Counted from the stretch's first letter, positions 31,701-43,877 are shown. The stretch: 64,000 bases of DNA from Scyliorhinus canicula (GCF_902713615.1 NC_052175.1:7209941-7273940); one strand, 5' to 3'. Notes: generated from the letters alone by a model not told the origin. Program-made: numbers and translations.

Positions 31701-34633
31701 TCCTGTTTTAATCGAGGTATTGACTCCAAAAGCAAGGAAGTCACATTGTAGAGAGATTTGGTGAGACCACAGCTGGTACACTGTGAAATTCTAATCACCA
31801 CGTTATATATGGATGTGATAGCACTGGAGGGGTACAGAGGCTATTCGCTACGATATTTTTTGGGATGGTACATATAATTTGTTAAGACGAGATGGATAGG
31901 CTTGTGTTGATTCACTGGAGCCGAGAAAGCTGTGGGACGATCAGATCGAGTGGCATGGGCAAAGTAGATAGCGACCAGCTGTTCTCCTTAGCTGAAGGGT
32001 CCGTCAGGAGGTGACACAAGTTAAAGGTGAGGGCAGGAGGTTAAGGGAGGGTGTGACGGAAACTCTTTTACCCAAAGGCTGCTGAAGGTCTGGAATGCAC
32101 TGCCTCGACGGGAGGTCGAATCGGGTGGCCTCACATCATTTAAAACATTCCTGGATGAATGCGCGGCACATCATAACATTCAGCTGCTGGAAAATGGGAT
32201 TGGGTAGACAGTTCAGGTAACTTTCATGTGTCGCTGCAGACCCCTGAGTTCTAATTTGCACTTTATTATTCTGTGATGCTGTGATACAGTTACAATGAAT
32301 GACAAATGTTTTGGCAGATTGAATTTAATGTAAGTAAGTGTGCAGTTATCAATTTTGGGCCAAGAAATGATAGAATAGGGCACTATCTAAATCTGAAGAT
32401 TTTAAGGATGGTGGATATCCAAAGGGACTTTGGGGCCGGATACATAGATCTTGAAAATGTAAAGAGCAAGTGCAGAAGATAACCAGAAAGATTTATTGAA
32501 TGCTGCCTTCATATCAGACTTCCGGATATAAAGACACAGCAGTAATGCGTCAAGTACACATGACCCTGTGTGAGCAACTGTGGGCACAACACCCTGGGGG
32601 TGACATATTGTTCTTGAAAGGAGTGCAGCGCAGATTTTCAAAATTAGACTTGAATTATAGTCGTTAAATTAGGAAGAGAGGTTACACAGAGTCGACCTGT
32701 TTTCACTAGAATTTAGATGGTTAACGAGCTATCTGAGTGAACTCTTCAAGATATTCACAGGAACAGGCAGACTACGTCAATGTAACCTATTTAAACTGGT
32801 TTCGGATTATAAAACTAGGAGACATAGTCTAAACGTTCGGGCCAGACCATTCAGGATAGATCTTAAAAAGGACTTATTCAAACAAAGCATGAGAGAGGTT
32901 TGGAATTCTCTCCCACAAGCAGCAGTTCAAGCCACAACAGGTGTAAATTTTAAATCTGAGATAGATAGATTTTGTTCCGCAAACACAATAATCGATATAG
33001 GCCAAATGCGTATGGATAGAATTACGCCATGATTTCATTGAATGGCGGCATGGGCCCATGGGATTAAGGGCCTACTCCTTTTCCTATGTTCTTATGTCTG
33101 ATAGTCCAATGCAATACCATGGGAGCTCTCTTCTTTCGAGCATGCTGTAATTATGTCTCAATAATGAGCGACAGTTCAATTATACAGTTTTTATTTCTAT
33201 TAATTGGACTTTTAGGGCCACATTTCCAGACCAGCTCCGGACAGCAGCTCAGGGTATTTGTGAAAATGGTCGGATTTTTACAACAATTGGCCTTGATTGC
33301 GAGGTTCGTGTTTAATTGCAACATCGCGACCTGCCGTAGTGGGATCCGAAACCTGTTGCCCAGGTTAGTTTCTCGATCCCTGGATTACAGAGCCTGTACC
33401 ACTGCAGCAGAGCTCCCTGGAACAGTTCTCTGCACAAACATAGCATTCTGAAAGGCTTCTTATAGATGGTCAAACTACTTTTTCTCGGAAATGCTTTACG
33501 CAAATGAGCTGCCGCGTCCCACAGTTTGCGACACTAACCTCACTTCCAAGGATACTTCATTGGCATTATCGAGATTTGAAACATCCTTTGATCGGGACTG
33601 GCGTTGTTGAAAAGCACGACGCTCTTTCTTTCAGCAGGGCGATTATTATCGCATCTAATTCATGACAAAAACGTTCTGATTACCAACCATTATAACAAGG
33701 GAGGTCCAGCTTTCCACTTTCACATGGGGTCTCGACAAGGATTCTCTTCAGAGAAGGATTATGTATATTGTACTAAGCAGAGGCATTAATTCACAGTCTG
33801 GGCTGGACCGAGCCTTTTAATTATATTTTAAGAAGTTATTACTCGACACATTATGGCACATTATAAGCCATCTGTAAGGTAACTTGCCCCTTCCGGGCGA
33901 TCAAGCATCACGTGACCATCCTGCAATCCATCCCCTCTTCAAATCACGGGCAACTACATATAGTTCCATTCCTTACTCCATCATGCGTCTATCTAGCTTT
34001 CCCCTCAACTGCATCTTTGCAATTCACACATCACGCCTTGTGGAAACCACGGCCATTTTTGACCAACCGATGAAATTTCCCCCACATAAATTCTTGATTG
34101 GAGATAGTGCTGTCCATCTGATATTGATGACTGATAGTTTTTTTTATCCTGCAGATGCATCTCCCCTACTTCTGCCTTTTTGGCTCAATGCGTAATTCTG
34201 TAAACATCGATCAAATAAACCTCAATCTTATTTTTCAATGAAGAAATGAGCTCCAACCATCACATTATTTCCTGATAGTTGTCTCTTCTCGGTTTTCGCG
34301 TCACCCTTGCGAAATATTTACTCCATCTCTTTCAATGCCCTGTGTCCTTCTCGAATGTCGAGCTCTGTGCGCTATCCTGAAAATGTGGCATGGCGGATAG
34401 AATAGATACCTGAGGTAAATTGCAAAGCAGATTCAGAATATGTGCCAGCACTTCGAACTGTAGTAAACAGGAAAACCGCAGTGAGCTGCCTACCTGCAAG
34501 ATGTTCTAACCTCAATCGTGTACTTATTAATAAACACGGAGCGCTATCCACACTGCATATTTCACACCTCCTTCACCCAGAGAGAACAAGAACGAGTTCA
34601 TGGAGACGTTTGAATTGATTGGAGCTCAGAGTC

Positions 34634-34697
34634 ATGCCGTCTGTATCACGGACAATGAGCGTCCTCAGTGTCTGTTCATTGTTTCATCTCTTCCAGG
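34634..34697 (+). CDS. Leader exon of the VJ-C1 receptor (MPSVSRTMSVLSVCSLFHLFQ)
   Basis: In-frame ATGs at 34634 and 34655. Phase-1 donor CAGG|GTGAG. The phase matches the V acceptor at 35651. Confidence 0.6.
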
Positions 34698-35651
34698 GTG
34701 AGATGTCCTGGTGTGTTCAGATAGAGCAGGTAGGTTTAGATAGGTAAAATAAGGATGTAATGCTTCCAATGGCAGGAAAGGAGGCAAGCAGTGGGTCACA
34801 GATTGAAGATACTCAGTAAAAGAATCAGAGAGAGAAATCAGCTAGTTTTATTTTTATAGAGCAAATTGTTGTGACATGGAACTCATTGCCTGAAAGGCGG
34901 TGGTAGGAGATTCAAATGCGTGATCTGCACAAATACTTGAATGGGAAGTAGGTTTTGCACGACATAGTGAAGAGAAGCGCGGGAGGGGGGACAAATCTTG
35001 AAAAGATTCGGAACAGATACAAAGAGCCAACTCGCCTCCTTGCGTTCTGTGCGGTGATATTATTGTCCATCAGTGTGTACGTTTAATTAAGAAAAAAGAT
35101 GTATTAGACAGAGTGGAAAGTGCCTTGGATCAGTTAATTAATTAGGTAATTAATCCGGAATGTGAAATACCGTGAGGTACATTGTGATTATTGCGGACAA
35201 TAAGATGTAATGTCATGAACTAAATACGGCGGCAAACGTCAGCTGAGAGGAGAATGAAAGGAAGAGAGGTTCAGGGAAACAATAATTATTTCAAATTTTC
35301 GCATTGAATAGGCGCTTTAAGTTTTTAACTAAAGTTAGTTCCCCAGTGCTGATTCCAGTCATTAAACCAGCTTTACTGGTTAATGGACTCCGACTGTGCC
35401 TTCGGAAAATGATGGGGAAAGCTGCGCTATTAACGCCCCAACCAGTAAAAGTTTTGTCTTGCGATCAGCGGGACCATGTGTTTGGAAACAGCCGAGTATT
35501 TTAAAAAGATCCGTTTTCCTCTGGGCCTATGTTCGCCTGAATTTGGCATGGTGGAGGTGGGGGGGGGGGGGGGGGGGAGGAGTTGGCGCGGTGAGGCTGC
35601 GGATTGTGCTCCATTACCTGATATGTCTCTTTATTTCTCTCTTTTGCCCAG

Positions 35652-35987
35652 TTATTTTACCTCAGCCCATCGTGTCCCTGTCTCCGCCGGTTCAGACACT
35701 CCCTACCGGTAGTCTTGCTAAACTTAGCTGCCGAATTTGGAGCACAGTGGCTCAAACCGTCTTCTGGTACAAACAAAGGGAGAGAAACGATATGAAGTTG
35801 GTCTACACTACGGACAAGTATCTCTCAGCAAAGGACAGGTTTTCCAGCGAGATTCATGAGAAAGAGGGTAATTATTCACTGATCATTGCGAATGCCCAGA
35901 GGAATGATTCTGGAATATATTACTGTGCAACCCACAACTACAAACTGGGGCGAATATTCGCAAACGGCTCCAAGTTAATTATCACAG
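35652..35987 (+). CDS. V-set exon with germline-joined J-like segment
   Basis: Acceptor ttttgcccag. LSC, VFWYKQ, DRFS, YSLII and DSGIYYC motifs, then RIFANGSKLIIT. Phase-1 donor G|GTAAAG. Confidence 0.92.
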
Positions 35988-36078
35988 GTAAAGCACGTTT
36001 TGTCCGTTAAATTTCGACAATTGTCGAATATGAGGTGCTCCAAATATTAATGTATTCCATTTTACTTTCTGATTTTAG

Positions 36079-36384
36079 AGGGTTCCCCCAGCATATTCCT
36101 ACTTATCCCTACGCAGGATGTGATTCCCTCCATGGAATGGATTCCGTTGTTGTGTTTGGTCAGAGGCTTGAATCCCGATTCATTTCCCGTCCGCTGGAAC
36201 GTGGCTGGGCGGGACACCGAGGGACACAGCGCTTCCGCGACAATACAGCCAGACGCGACCTACGCCATCAGGAGTCACGCCAGCGTCTCGGTGGATTCTT
36301 GGAGGAGCGGAACTCCCTGTATTTGTGCCGTTCAAATCAACGCTAGTGAATTACTTCTCAGTGAAAGTGTGTCATCTCAGAGAG
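36079..36384 (+). CDS. C1-set exon
   Basis: Acceptor gattttag. GSPSIFLLIP...LLCLVRGLNPDSFPVRW...YAIRSHASVSVDSWRSGTPCICAV. Phase 1 at both ends, so the frame runs on from the V exon. Confidence 0.9.
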
Positions 36385-36557
36385 GTAGCTGCTTAGAATA
36401 ACGTTTCACCAAACTAGTTACTGCTCATGAGAGGCTTTTCTGAGAGAATTGTATGTGTGTAAATTGCAGTATCTTCCTTTTCCTGTGTGTCAATGCATAA
36501 TAGTCTCATAATTCAACTATCACATACCTCTCAATATTTCAGAGTACTGTTTGCTGT

Positions 36558-36730
36558 GGACGGAATTCTCCCTCCCGTCGCACCCGTTTTCGGGTGCAGT
36601 GCACCTCTGCCGGCTGCGGGATCCTGCAAACCGTCAGCTGGCTCATTAGGTTTTCCAATGTTGGCATCACCACGCCATCGGAAAATTTACGCGCGTGAGT
36701 GCGCTGCCGGCGAAACCGAGAATTCCACCG
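36558..36730. mobile_element. Candidate GC-rich MITE
   Basis: Terminal inverted 9-mers ggaattctc (36562-36570) and gagaattcc (36718-36726) around a GC-rich, partly palindromic core. Confidence 0.4.
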
Positions 36731-36999
36731 ACTGAGAATTTCCATCTGTTCCTTATATTCCATGGAGCTGTGGATGTTCTACCACTGAACACGAGGGAAA
36801 ATAAGAATATGGGGAAAGTTAACTTAATATGTCAGATTCGCCATGACCGAATTGAGTTGCGGAGCGGCCGCGATAGGCTGGCTGTCATCATGCTCCTAAT
36901 TATTCAGCTCTGGTGCATGGTTTGGCCGTATTCGCATGGGTAAAGTTCAGTGGCTGCTTTGCCAGAGATGAAACATGAGAGCTACGAGTATATTCCCAG

Positions 37000-37985
37000 T
37001 TGCCAGCCAAATTACAGATTGTTATTTATATCGATGATTTGGATGAGAATTTAAGAGGCATGCTTAGTATGTTTGCAGATGACATCAAGATTGGTGGCAT
37101 TGTGAAGAAGGTTATGTCAGATTGAAACGGGATCTTGATCAATTGGGCCAGTGGACGGATGAATGGCAGATTGAGTTTAATTTGGACGAATGTCAGGAAA
37201 TACATTTTGGTAGATCGATTCGGGACAGGGCCTACTCAGTTAATGGTACGGCGCTGGGGAGAATTGTAGAACAAAGCGATCTAGGGGTACAGGTTCATAG
37301 CTCCTTGAAAGTGGAGTTACAGGTGGACACGTTGGTGAAGAAGCCATTCGGCGTGACTGGTATAATTATTCAGAACATTGAATACAGGGGATGGGGTATC
37401 TTGTGAAGGTTGTCCAAGACATTCGTGAGGCAGCACTTGGAATGCTGTGTACAGTTCTGGTTAGTCGATTATAGAAAGGATATTATTAAATGAGAAAGAG
37501 TGCAGAAAGTATTTACTAGGATGCCACCGCGACTTGATGGTTTGAGTTATAAGGAGGGACTGCTTAGACTGGAACATTTGTTCCCTGGAACGTGGGAGAC
37601 CTCGGGGTGATCTCATGGCGGTAGATAAAATCATGAGCAGCATAGATAAGATAGATAGTCAACATATTTTTCCAATGCTAGTGGAGTCCACAACTAGCGG
37701 GCACAGGTTTAAATTGAGAGGGGTGGGATACAAACGGGTCCAGAGAGAAAGTTTCATCCCACTAAGGACAGCGAGTGCCTGGAACGAGCTGCCAGAGGCA
37801 GTAGTAGAAGCAAGTATAATTTTGACTTTTAAAAACCATTTATACATTTACATGGGTAAAATGTGTATAAAGGGATATGGGCCAAATTCCGGCACCCGGG
37901 ACCAGCGTAGTGGGCAAACCTGGCGACATGTAAAAGTGGAGCCGAAGGGCATGTTTCCATGCTGTAAACCTATATGACTATAATT
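37000..37985 (+). mobile_element. Old CR1 3' fragment in the C1-TM intron
   Basis: FADD near 37075 and a degenerate RT C-terminus. Confidence 0.75.
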
Positions 37986-38070
37986 CTATTCAGATGTTAC
38001 AATATTTTAATTTATTCAATTATTTCCGCAAACGTTGCTTTTTAATGTTCGTTTTTAATTGCAATTGCAG

Positions 38071-38181
38071 ATTCTTTATCTCCATTCTGTATTTTCACGC
38101 TTTCTGGTACTTTGGCAGCGCTACTCCTTCTTGGATTATTTTTTGTGGCCTTGAGAAGGATGTTCAGGAAGAGGCAGACAG
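38071..38181 (+). CDS. Transmembrane exon (DSLSPFCIFTLSGTLAALLLLGLFFVALRRMFRKRQT)
   Basis: Acceptor gcaattgcag, phase 1. About 23 uncharged residues followed by a basic stop-transfer stretch. Donor CAG|GTATCG. Confidence 0.8.
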
Positions 38182-41100
38182 GTATCGATTCTATAATTCC
38201 TCGGCGCTCTCCATCCAATCCTTCATCACTGGTTTGTTCATCATTTCAATCGCCTCAATGTGCAATTTATAATCTGTATAAAATGTTCTTTCTGGCAGTA
38301 ATAAGAACATAAGAACATAAGAACATTAGAACTAGGAGCAGGAGTAGGCCATCTGGCCCCTCGAGCCTGCTCCGCCATTCAATGAGATCATGGCTGATCT
38401 TTTGTGGACTCAGCTCCACTTTCCGGCCCGAACACCATAACCCTTAATCCCTTTATTCTTCAAAAAACTATCTATCTTTACCTTAAAAACATGTAATGAA
38501 GGAGCCTCAACTGCTTCACTGGGCAAGGAATTCCATAGATTCACAACCCTTTGGGTGAAGAAGTTCCTCCTAAACTCAGTTCTAAATCTACTTCCCCTTA
38601 TTTTGAGGCTATGCCCCCTAGTTCTGCTGTCACCCGCCAGTGGAAACAACCTGCCCGCATCTATCCTATCTATTCCCTTCATAATTTTAAATGTTTCTAT
38701 AAGATCCCCCCTCATCCTTCTAAATTCCAACGAGTACAGTCCCAGTCTACTCAACCTCTCCTCATAATCCAACCCCTTCAGCTCTGGGATTAACCTAGTG
38801 AATCTCCTCTGCACACCCTCCAGCGCCAGTACGTCCTTTCTCAAGTAAGGAGACCAAAACTGAACACAATACTCCAGGTGTGGCCGCACTAACACCTTAT
38901 ACAATTGCAACATAACCTCCCTAGTCTTAAACTCCATCCCTCTAGCAATGAAGGACATAATTCCATTTGCCTTCTTAATCACCTGTTGCACTTGTAAACC
39001 AACCTTCTGTGACTCATGCACTAGCACACCCAAGTCTCTCTGAACAGCGGCATGCTTTAATATTTTATCGTTTAAATAATAATCCCGTTTGCTGTTATTC
39101 CTACCAAAATGGATAACCTCACATTTGTCAACATTGTATTCCATCTGCCAGACCCGAGCCCATTCACTTAACCTATCCAAATCCCTCTGCCGACTTCCAG
39201 TATCCTCTGCACTTTTCGCTTTACCACTCATCTTAGTGTCATCTGCAAACTTGGACACATTGCCCTTGGTCCCCAACTCCAAATCATCAATGTAAATTGT
39301 GAACAATTGTGGGCCCAACACGGATCCCTGAGGGACACCACTAGCTACTGATTGCCAACCAGAGAAACACCCATTTATCCCAACTCTTTGCTTTCTATTA
39401 ATTAACCAATCCTCTATCCATGCTACTACTTTACCCTTAATGCCATGCATCTTTATCTTATGCAGCAACCTTTTGTGTGGCACCTTGTCAAAGGCTTTCT
39501 GGAAATCCAGATATACCACATCCATTGGCTCCCCGTTATCTACTGCACTGGTAATGTCCTCAAAGAATTCCACTAAATTAGTTAGGCACGACCTGACTTT
39601 TACGAACCCATGCTGCGTCTGCCCAATGGGACAATTTCTATCCAGATGCCTCGCAATTTCTTCCTTGATGATAGATTCCAGCATCTTCCCTGTTACCGAA
39701 GTTAAACTCACTGGCCTATAATTTCCTGCTTTCTGCCTACCTCCTTTTTTAAACAGTGGCGTCACGTTTGCTAATTTCCAATCCACCGGGACCACCCCAG
39801 AGTCTAGTGAATTTCGGTAAATTATCACTAGTGCATCTGCAATTTCCCATGCCATCTCTTTTAGCACTCTGGGATGCATTCCATCAGGGCCAGGAGACTT
39901 GTCTACCTTTAGCCCCATTAGCTTGCCAATCACTCCCTCCTTAGTGATAACAATCGTCTCAAGGTCCTCACCTGTCATAGCCTCATTTCTATCAGTCACT
40001 GGCATGTTATTTGTGTCTTCCACTGTGAAGACCGACCCAAAAAACCTGTTCAGTTCCTCAGCCATTTCCTCATTTCCCATTATTAAAACTCCCTTCTCAT
40101 CCTCGAAAGGACCAATATTTACCTTAGCCACTCTTTTTTGTCTTATATATTTGTAAAAACTTTTACTGTCTGTTTTTATATTCTGAGCAAGTTTACTCTC
40201 ATACTCTATCTTACTCTTCTTTATAGCTTTTTTTAGTAGCTTTCTGTTGCCCCCTAAAGATTTCCCAGTCCTCTAATCTCCCAGCAATCTTTGACACTTT
40301 ATATGCTTTTTCCTTCAATTTGATAATCTCCCTTATTTCCTTAGATATCCACGGTCGATTTTCCCTTTCTTCCGTCCTTCCTTTTTGTTGGTATAAACCT
40401 TTGCTGAGCACTGTGAAAAATCACTTGGAAGGTTCTCCACTGTTCCTGAACTGTTCCACCATAAAGTCTTAGCTCCCAGTCTACCTCAGCTAGTTCTTCT
40501 CTCATCCCCTTGTAATCTCCTTTGTTTAAACACAAAACACTAGTATTTGATTTTACTTTCTCACCCTCCATCTGTATTTTAGATTCCACCATATTGTGAT
40601 CGCTCCTTCCGCGAGGATCCCTAACTATGAGATCATGAATCAATCCTGTCTCATTACACAGGACAAGATCTAGGACCGCTTGTTCCCTCGTAGGTTCCAT
40701 TACATACTGTTCTAGGAAACTATCGCGGATACATTCTATAAACTCCTCCTCACGGTTGCCTTGACCGACCTGGTTAAACCAATCGACATGTAGATTAAAA
40801 TCCCCCATGATAACTGCTGTACCATTTCTACATGCATCAGTTATTTCTTTGTTTATTGCCTGCCCCACCATCTCGTTACTATTTGGTGGCCGATACACTA
40901 CTCCTATCAGTGACTTTTTCGCCTTACTATTCCTGATTTCCACCCAAATGGATTCAACCTTATCCTCCATAGCACCGATGTCATCCCTTACTATTGCCCG
41001 GATGTCATCCTTAAATAACAGAGCAACACCACCTCCCTTACCATCCACTCTGTCCTTCCGAATAGTTTGGTACCCTCGGATATTTAACTCCCAGTCGTGA

Positions 41101-41436
41101 CCATCCTTTAACCATGTTTCAGTAATGGCCACTAAATCATAGTCCTTCACGATGATTTGTGCCACCAACTCATTTACTTTATTCCGAATACTACGAGCAT
41201 TCAGGTAAAGTACACTTATGTTGTTTTTTTTACCTCTGTTTTGAATCTTAACATCTCCAGTTTTATTCCTTTTGTTATTACTGTGCTCCCCTCAGTCACT
41301 GTACCTTGTACTGTCGCCCTTATGGATTTCTGACTATGTCTTCTCTGCCTTGCACTTGTCCCCTTACTTCCTTTTGTTTCTGTCCCTGTTTTACTACCTT
41401 CCAACTTCCAGCATTGGTTCCCATCCCCCTGCCACA

Positions 41437-42384
41437 TTAGTTTAAACCCTCCCCAACAGCTCTAGAAAACACCCCCCCTAGGACATCGGTTCCAGTCCTG
41501 CCCAAGTGCAGACCGTCCGGTTTGTACTGGTCCCACCTCCCCCAGAACCGGTCCCAATGCCCCAGGAATTTGAATCCCTCCCTCTTGCACCATCTCTCGA
41601 ACCACGCATTCATCCTATCTATCCTGACATTCCTACTCTGACTAGCTCGTGGCACTGGTCGCAATCCTGAGATTACTACCTTTGAGGTCCTACTTTTTAG
41701 TTTAACTCCTAACTCCCTGAATTCCGCTTGTAGGACCTCATCCCGTTTTTTACCTATATCGTTGGTGCCTATGTGCACCACGACAGCTGGCTGTTCACCC
41801 TCCCCCCCTAGAATGTCCTGCAGCCGCTCCGAGACATCCTTGACCCTTGCACCAGGGATGCAACATACCATCCTGGAGTCTCGATTGCGTCCACAGAACC
41901 GCCTGTCTATTCCCCTTACGATCGAGTCCCCTATCACTATAGCACTGCCATTTTTCTTCCTGCCCTGCTGTGCAGCAGAGCCAGCCACGGTGCCATGAAC
42001 CTGGCTGCTGCTGCCTTCCCCTGGTGAGCCATCTCCCTCAACAGTATCCAAAGCGGTATATCTGTTTTGCAGGGAGATGACCGCAGGGGACACCTGCACT
42101 GCCTTCCTACTCTTGCTCTTTCTTTTGGTCACCCATTTTCTATCTCCCTCAGTAACCTTCAGTAACTCAGTGACCAACTCGCTAAACGTGCTATCCACGA
42201 CCTCCTCAGCATCGCGGATGCTCCAAAGTGAGTCCATCCGCAGCTCCAGAGCCGTCAAGCGGTCTAACAAGAGCTGCAACTGAACACACTTCTTGCACGT
42301 GAAGGAGCCAGGGACAGTGGACGTGTCCCTGAGCTCCCACATCGCACACGAGGAGCATGACACGGGTCTGGGATCTCCTGCCAT
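41437..42384 (-). CDS. CR1 ORF1p, 315 aa, intact
   Basis: Almost identical to 2045-2992. Confidence 0.9.
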   Translation of the reverse strand: MAGDPRPVSCSSCAMWELRDTSTVPGSFTCKKCVQLQLLLDRLTALELRMDSLWSIRDAEEVVDSTFSELVTELLKVTEGDRKWVTKRKSKSRKAVQVSPAVISLQNRYTALDTVEGDGSPGEGSSSQVHGTVAGSAAQQGRKKNGSAIVIGDSIVRGIDRRFCGRNRDSRMVCCIPGARVKDVSERLQDILGGEGEQPAVVVHIGTNDIGKKRDEVLQAEFRELGVKLKSRTSKVVISGLRPVPRASQSRNVRIDRMNAWFERWCKREGFKFLGHWDRFWGRWDQYKPDGLHLGRTGTDVLGGVFSRAVGEGLN

Positions 42385-42522
42385 GTCTTAAACCCTTGGT
42401 AAACTTAAACAACTACAATTTCAAAATAAAAATAAGTAAATTAGACAATGAAAAGAAAAAGAGAGACTACTTACCAGTCACTTACCAGGGTTAAAGAGCA
42501 CCTCCTCACACTCTGCACCGAA

Positions 42523-43252
42523 TTACCTCACTGCACCAAATTACCAAATTTGAATCCTCCACTCTGTACGAGTCTCACTCCGGATGAGTCTCCTGGAAAG
42601 TGCTTGCTTACTTTGTGCGCAGTCTCTCTGTCTTTTATACAGACCTCAGCTAACCGATGACTCAAAAAAATACCTTAACTTCAAAGAGAAGAATACAATG
42701 TGCCCCTAAACAGGCCTCAACAGGCCTCAAGTGATTGCCAGATAACTGCCTCTCAGCAATTAGGGTGGGGGCAGCTTCAACCAATCAGACACTAAGCTCC
42801 ACACTGCACGTTTAACTGAAAAACAGCAGAATTAGATTTTCCACTTACCTTTGCTGATTTACCTCACTGCACCAAATTACCAAATTTCAATCCTCCACTC
42901 TGTACGAGTCTCACTCCGGATGAGTCTCCTGGAAAGTGCTTGCTTACTTTGTGCGCAGTCTCTCTGTCTTTTATACAGACCTCAGCTAACCGATGACTCA
43001 AAAAAATACCTTAACTTCAAAGAGAAGAATACAATGTGCCCCTAAACAGGCCTCAACAGGCCTCAAGTGATTGCCAGATAACTGCCTCTCAGCAATTAGG
43101 GTGGGGGCAGCTTCAACCAATCAGACACTAAGCTCCACACTGCACTTTTAACTGAAAAACAGCAGAATTAGATTTTCCACTGACCTTTGCTGATTTACCT
43201 CACTGCATCAAATTCAATCCTCCACTCTGTACGAGTCTCACTCCGGATGAGT
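42523..43252 (-). repeat. Tandem 5' UTR monomers (336 and 327 bp spacing)
   Basis: aatcctccactctg at 42553, 42889 and 43216. Confidence 0.9.
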
Positions 43253-43832
43253 GACGAACAGTGATGACGAACTGGCAGTCTCCAGATCACACCCGCAGAA
43301 TAAGGAGGTAAACGTATTAACTAATTGTTGTCATATTTAATCCAGGGTTTCATATAAATGTCACATGATCCGAGATGTCTTTGCACAGTCGCACGACAGC
43401 ACAAGAAAAACTAGGCTGGCATTTATTAAGATTTATTGAAGTTTGTCACAGGAATTTAAGTTGGTTACATGATTCGAGAAGCTTGACAGGGAGATATTAT
43501 TTTATTTGGTTGAGGGAATCCAGAACAAGGAGGCAATAATTAAACAATTGAGCCATTCAGAACAAGAGGTAAGGCCATAAAAGAAGAAAGGAAATCTAAA
43601 CCTGTCTCCAAAAAAAGGTTTTGAGTCTTGGGTGTCATTTGAAACGTTGGAACTGATGTTGCTAGATATTCACTTGCTAATGGACCGAAGTGTAATGGAA
43701 CGATGGTTGGTGGGCGGGGTCAGCCATGCACCATGAACTAGTGGAATGCATTTGGAAAGCCCAATGATCCTCTCCTGTCTCTCTAATGATGGCGTCGATT
43801 ATTTATTGCAATCTGTTTATTTTTCTCGGCAG

Positions 43833-43877
43833 ACAATATATGCTGACCTGGCCTTTAAACAGGATTCCAGACTCTGA
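43833..43877 (+). CDS. Terminal cytoplasmic exon TIYADLAFKQDSRL*
   Basis: Acceptor ttttctcggcag. Phase 0 matches the donor at 43308. Contains TxYxxL. AATAAA at 44313-44318. Confidence 0.7.
   Translation, partial: TIYADLAFKQDSRL

Larger units (their letters stand above)
29190..33090 (+). mobile_element. Run of old CR1 RT/3' fragments with embedded SINE and Penelope-like pieces
   Basis: Examples: ORF 30097-30549 ([21 protein letters not shown]) and repeated degenerate 3' ends. Confidence 0.7.
38303..43252 (-). mobile_element. CR1 family A, copy 2, apparently full length (about 4.95 kb)
   Basis: (TTCTTATG)n tail at 38303-38326, ORF2 in pieces (38410-40131, 40211-40411, 40341-41168, 41216-41437), ORF1, and 5' monomers. 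Confidence 0.95.
38299..43307 (+). pseudogene. First cytoplasmic exon (38299-38302 plus 43253-43307) split by a CR1 insertion
   Basis: Removing 38303-43252 gives cag|TAATGACGAAC...AAGGAG|gtaaac, an open phase 1-to-0 exon reading VMTNSDDELAVSRSHPQNKE. Confidence 0.7.

Noticed and set aside
33086-33451. 121-aa ORF with a hydrophobic stretch upstream of the leader exon
   Set aside because: No recognisable domain in any frame and no consistent exon phases.
35396-35651. N-terminal half of the 204-aa ORF 35396-36010, including a poly-Gly run
   Set aside because: It lies in the leader-V intron. The Gly run comes from a 19-G homopolymer (35559-35577) whose length may be an artefact.
35743-35781. 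Cryptic 23-RSS inside the V exon (CACAGTG, 23 nt, ACAAAGGGA)
   Set aside because: The nonamer matches only 5 of 9 and comes from the WYKQ codons. No partner 12-RSS was seen. Probably chance.
35652-36384. Conventional Ig light chain or TCR gene
   Set aside because: There are no RSS-flanked segments. A phase-compatible uncharged TM exon and a tyrosine-motif tail follow, which fits neither IgL nor TCR. Phylogeny is still needed to close this.
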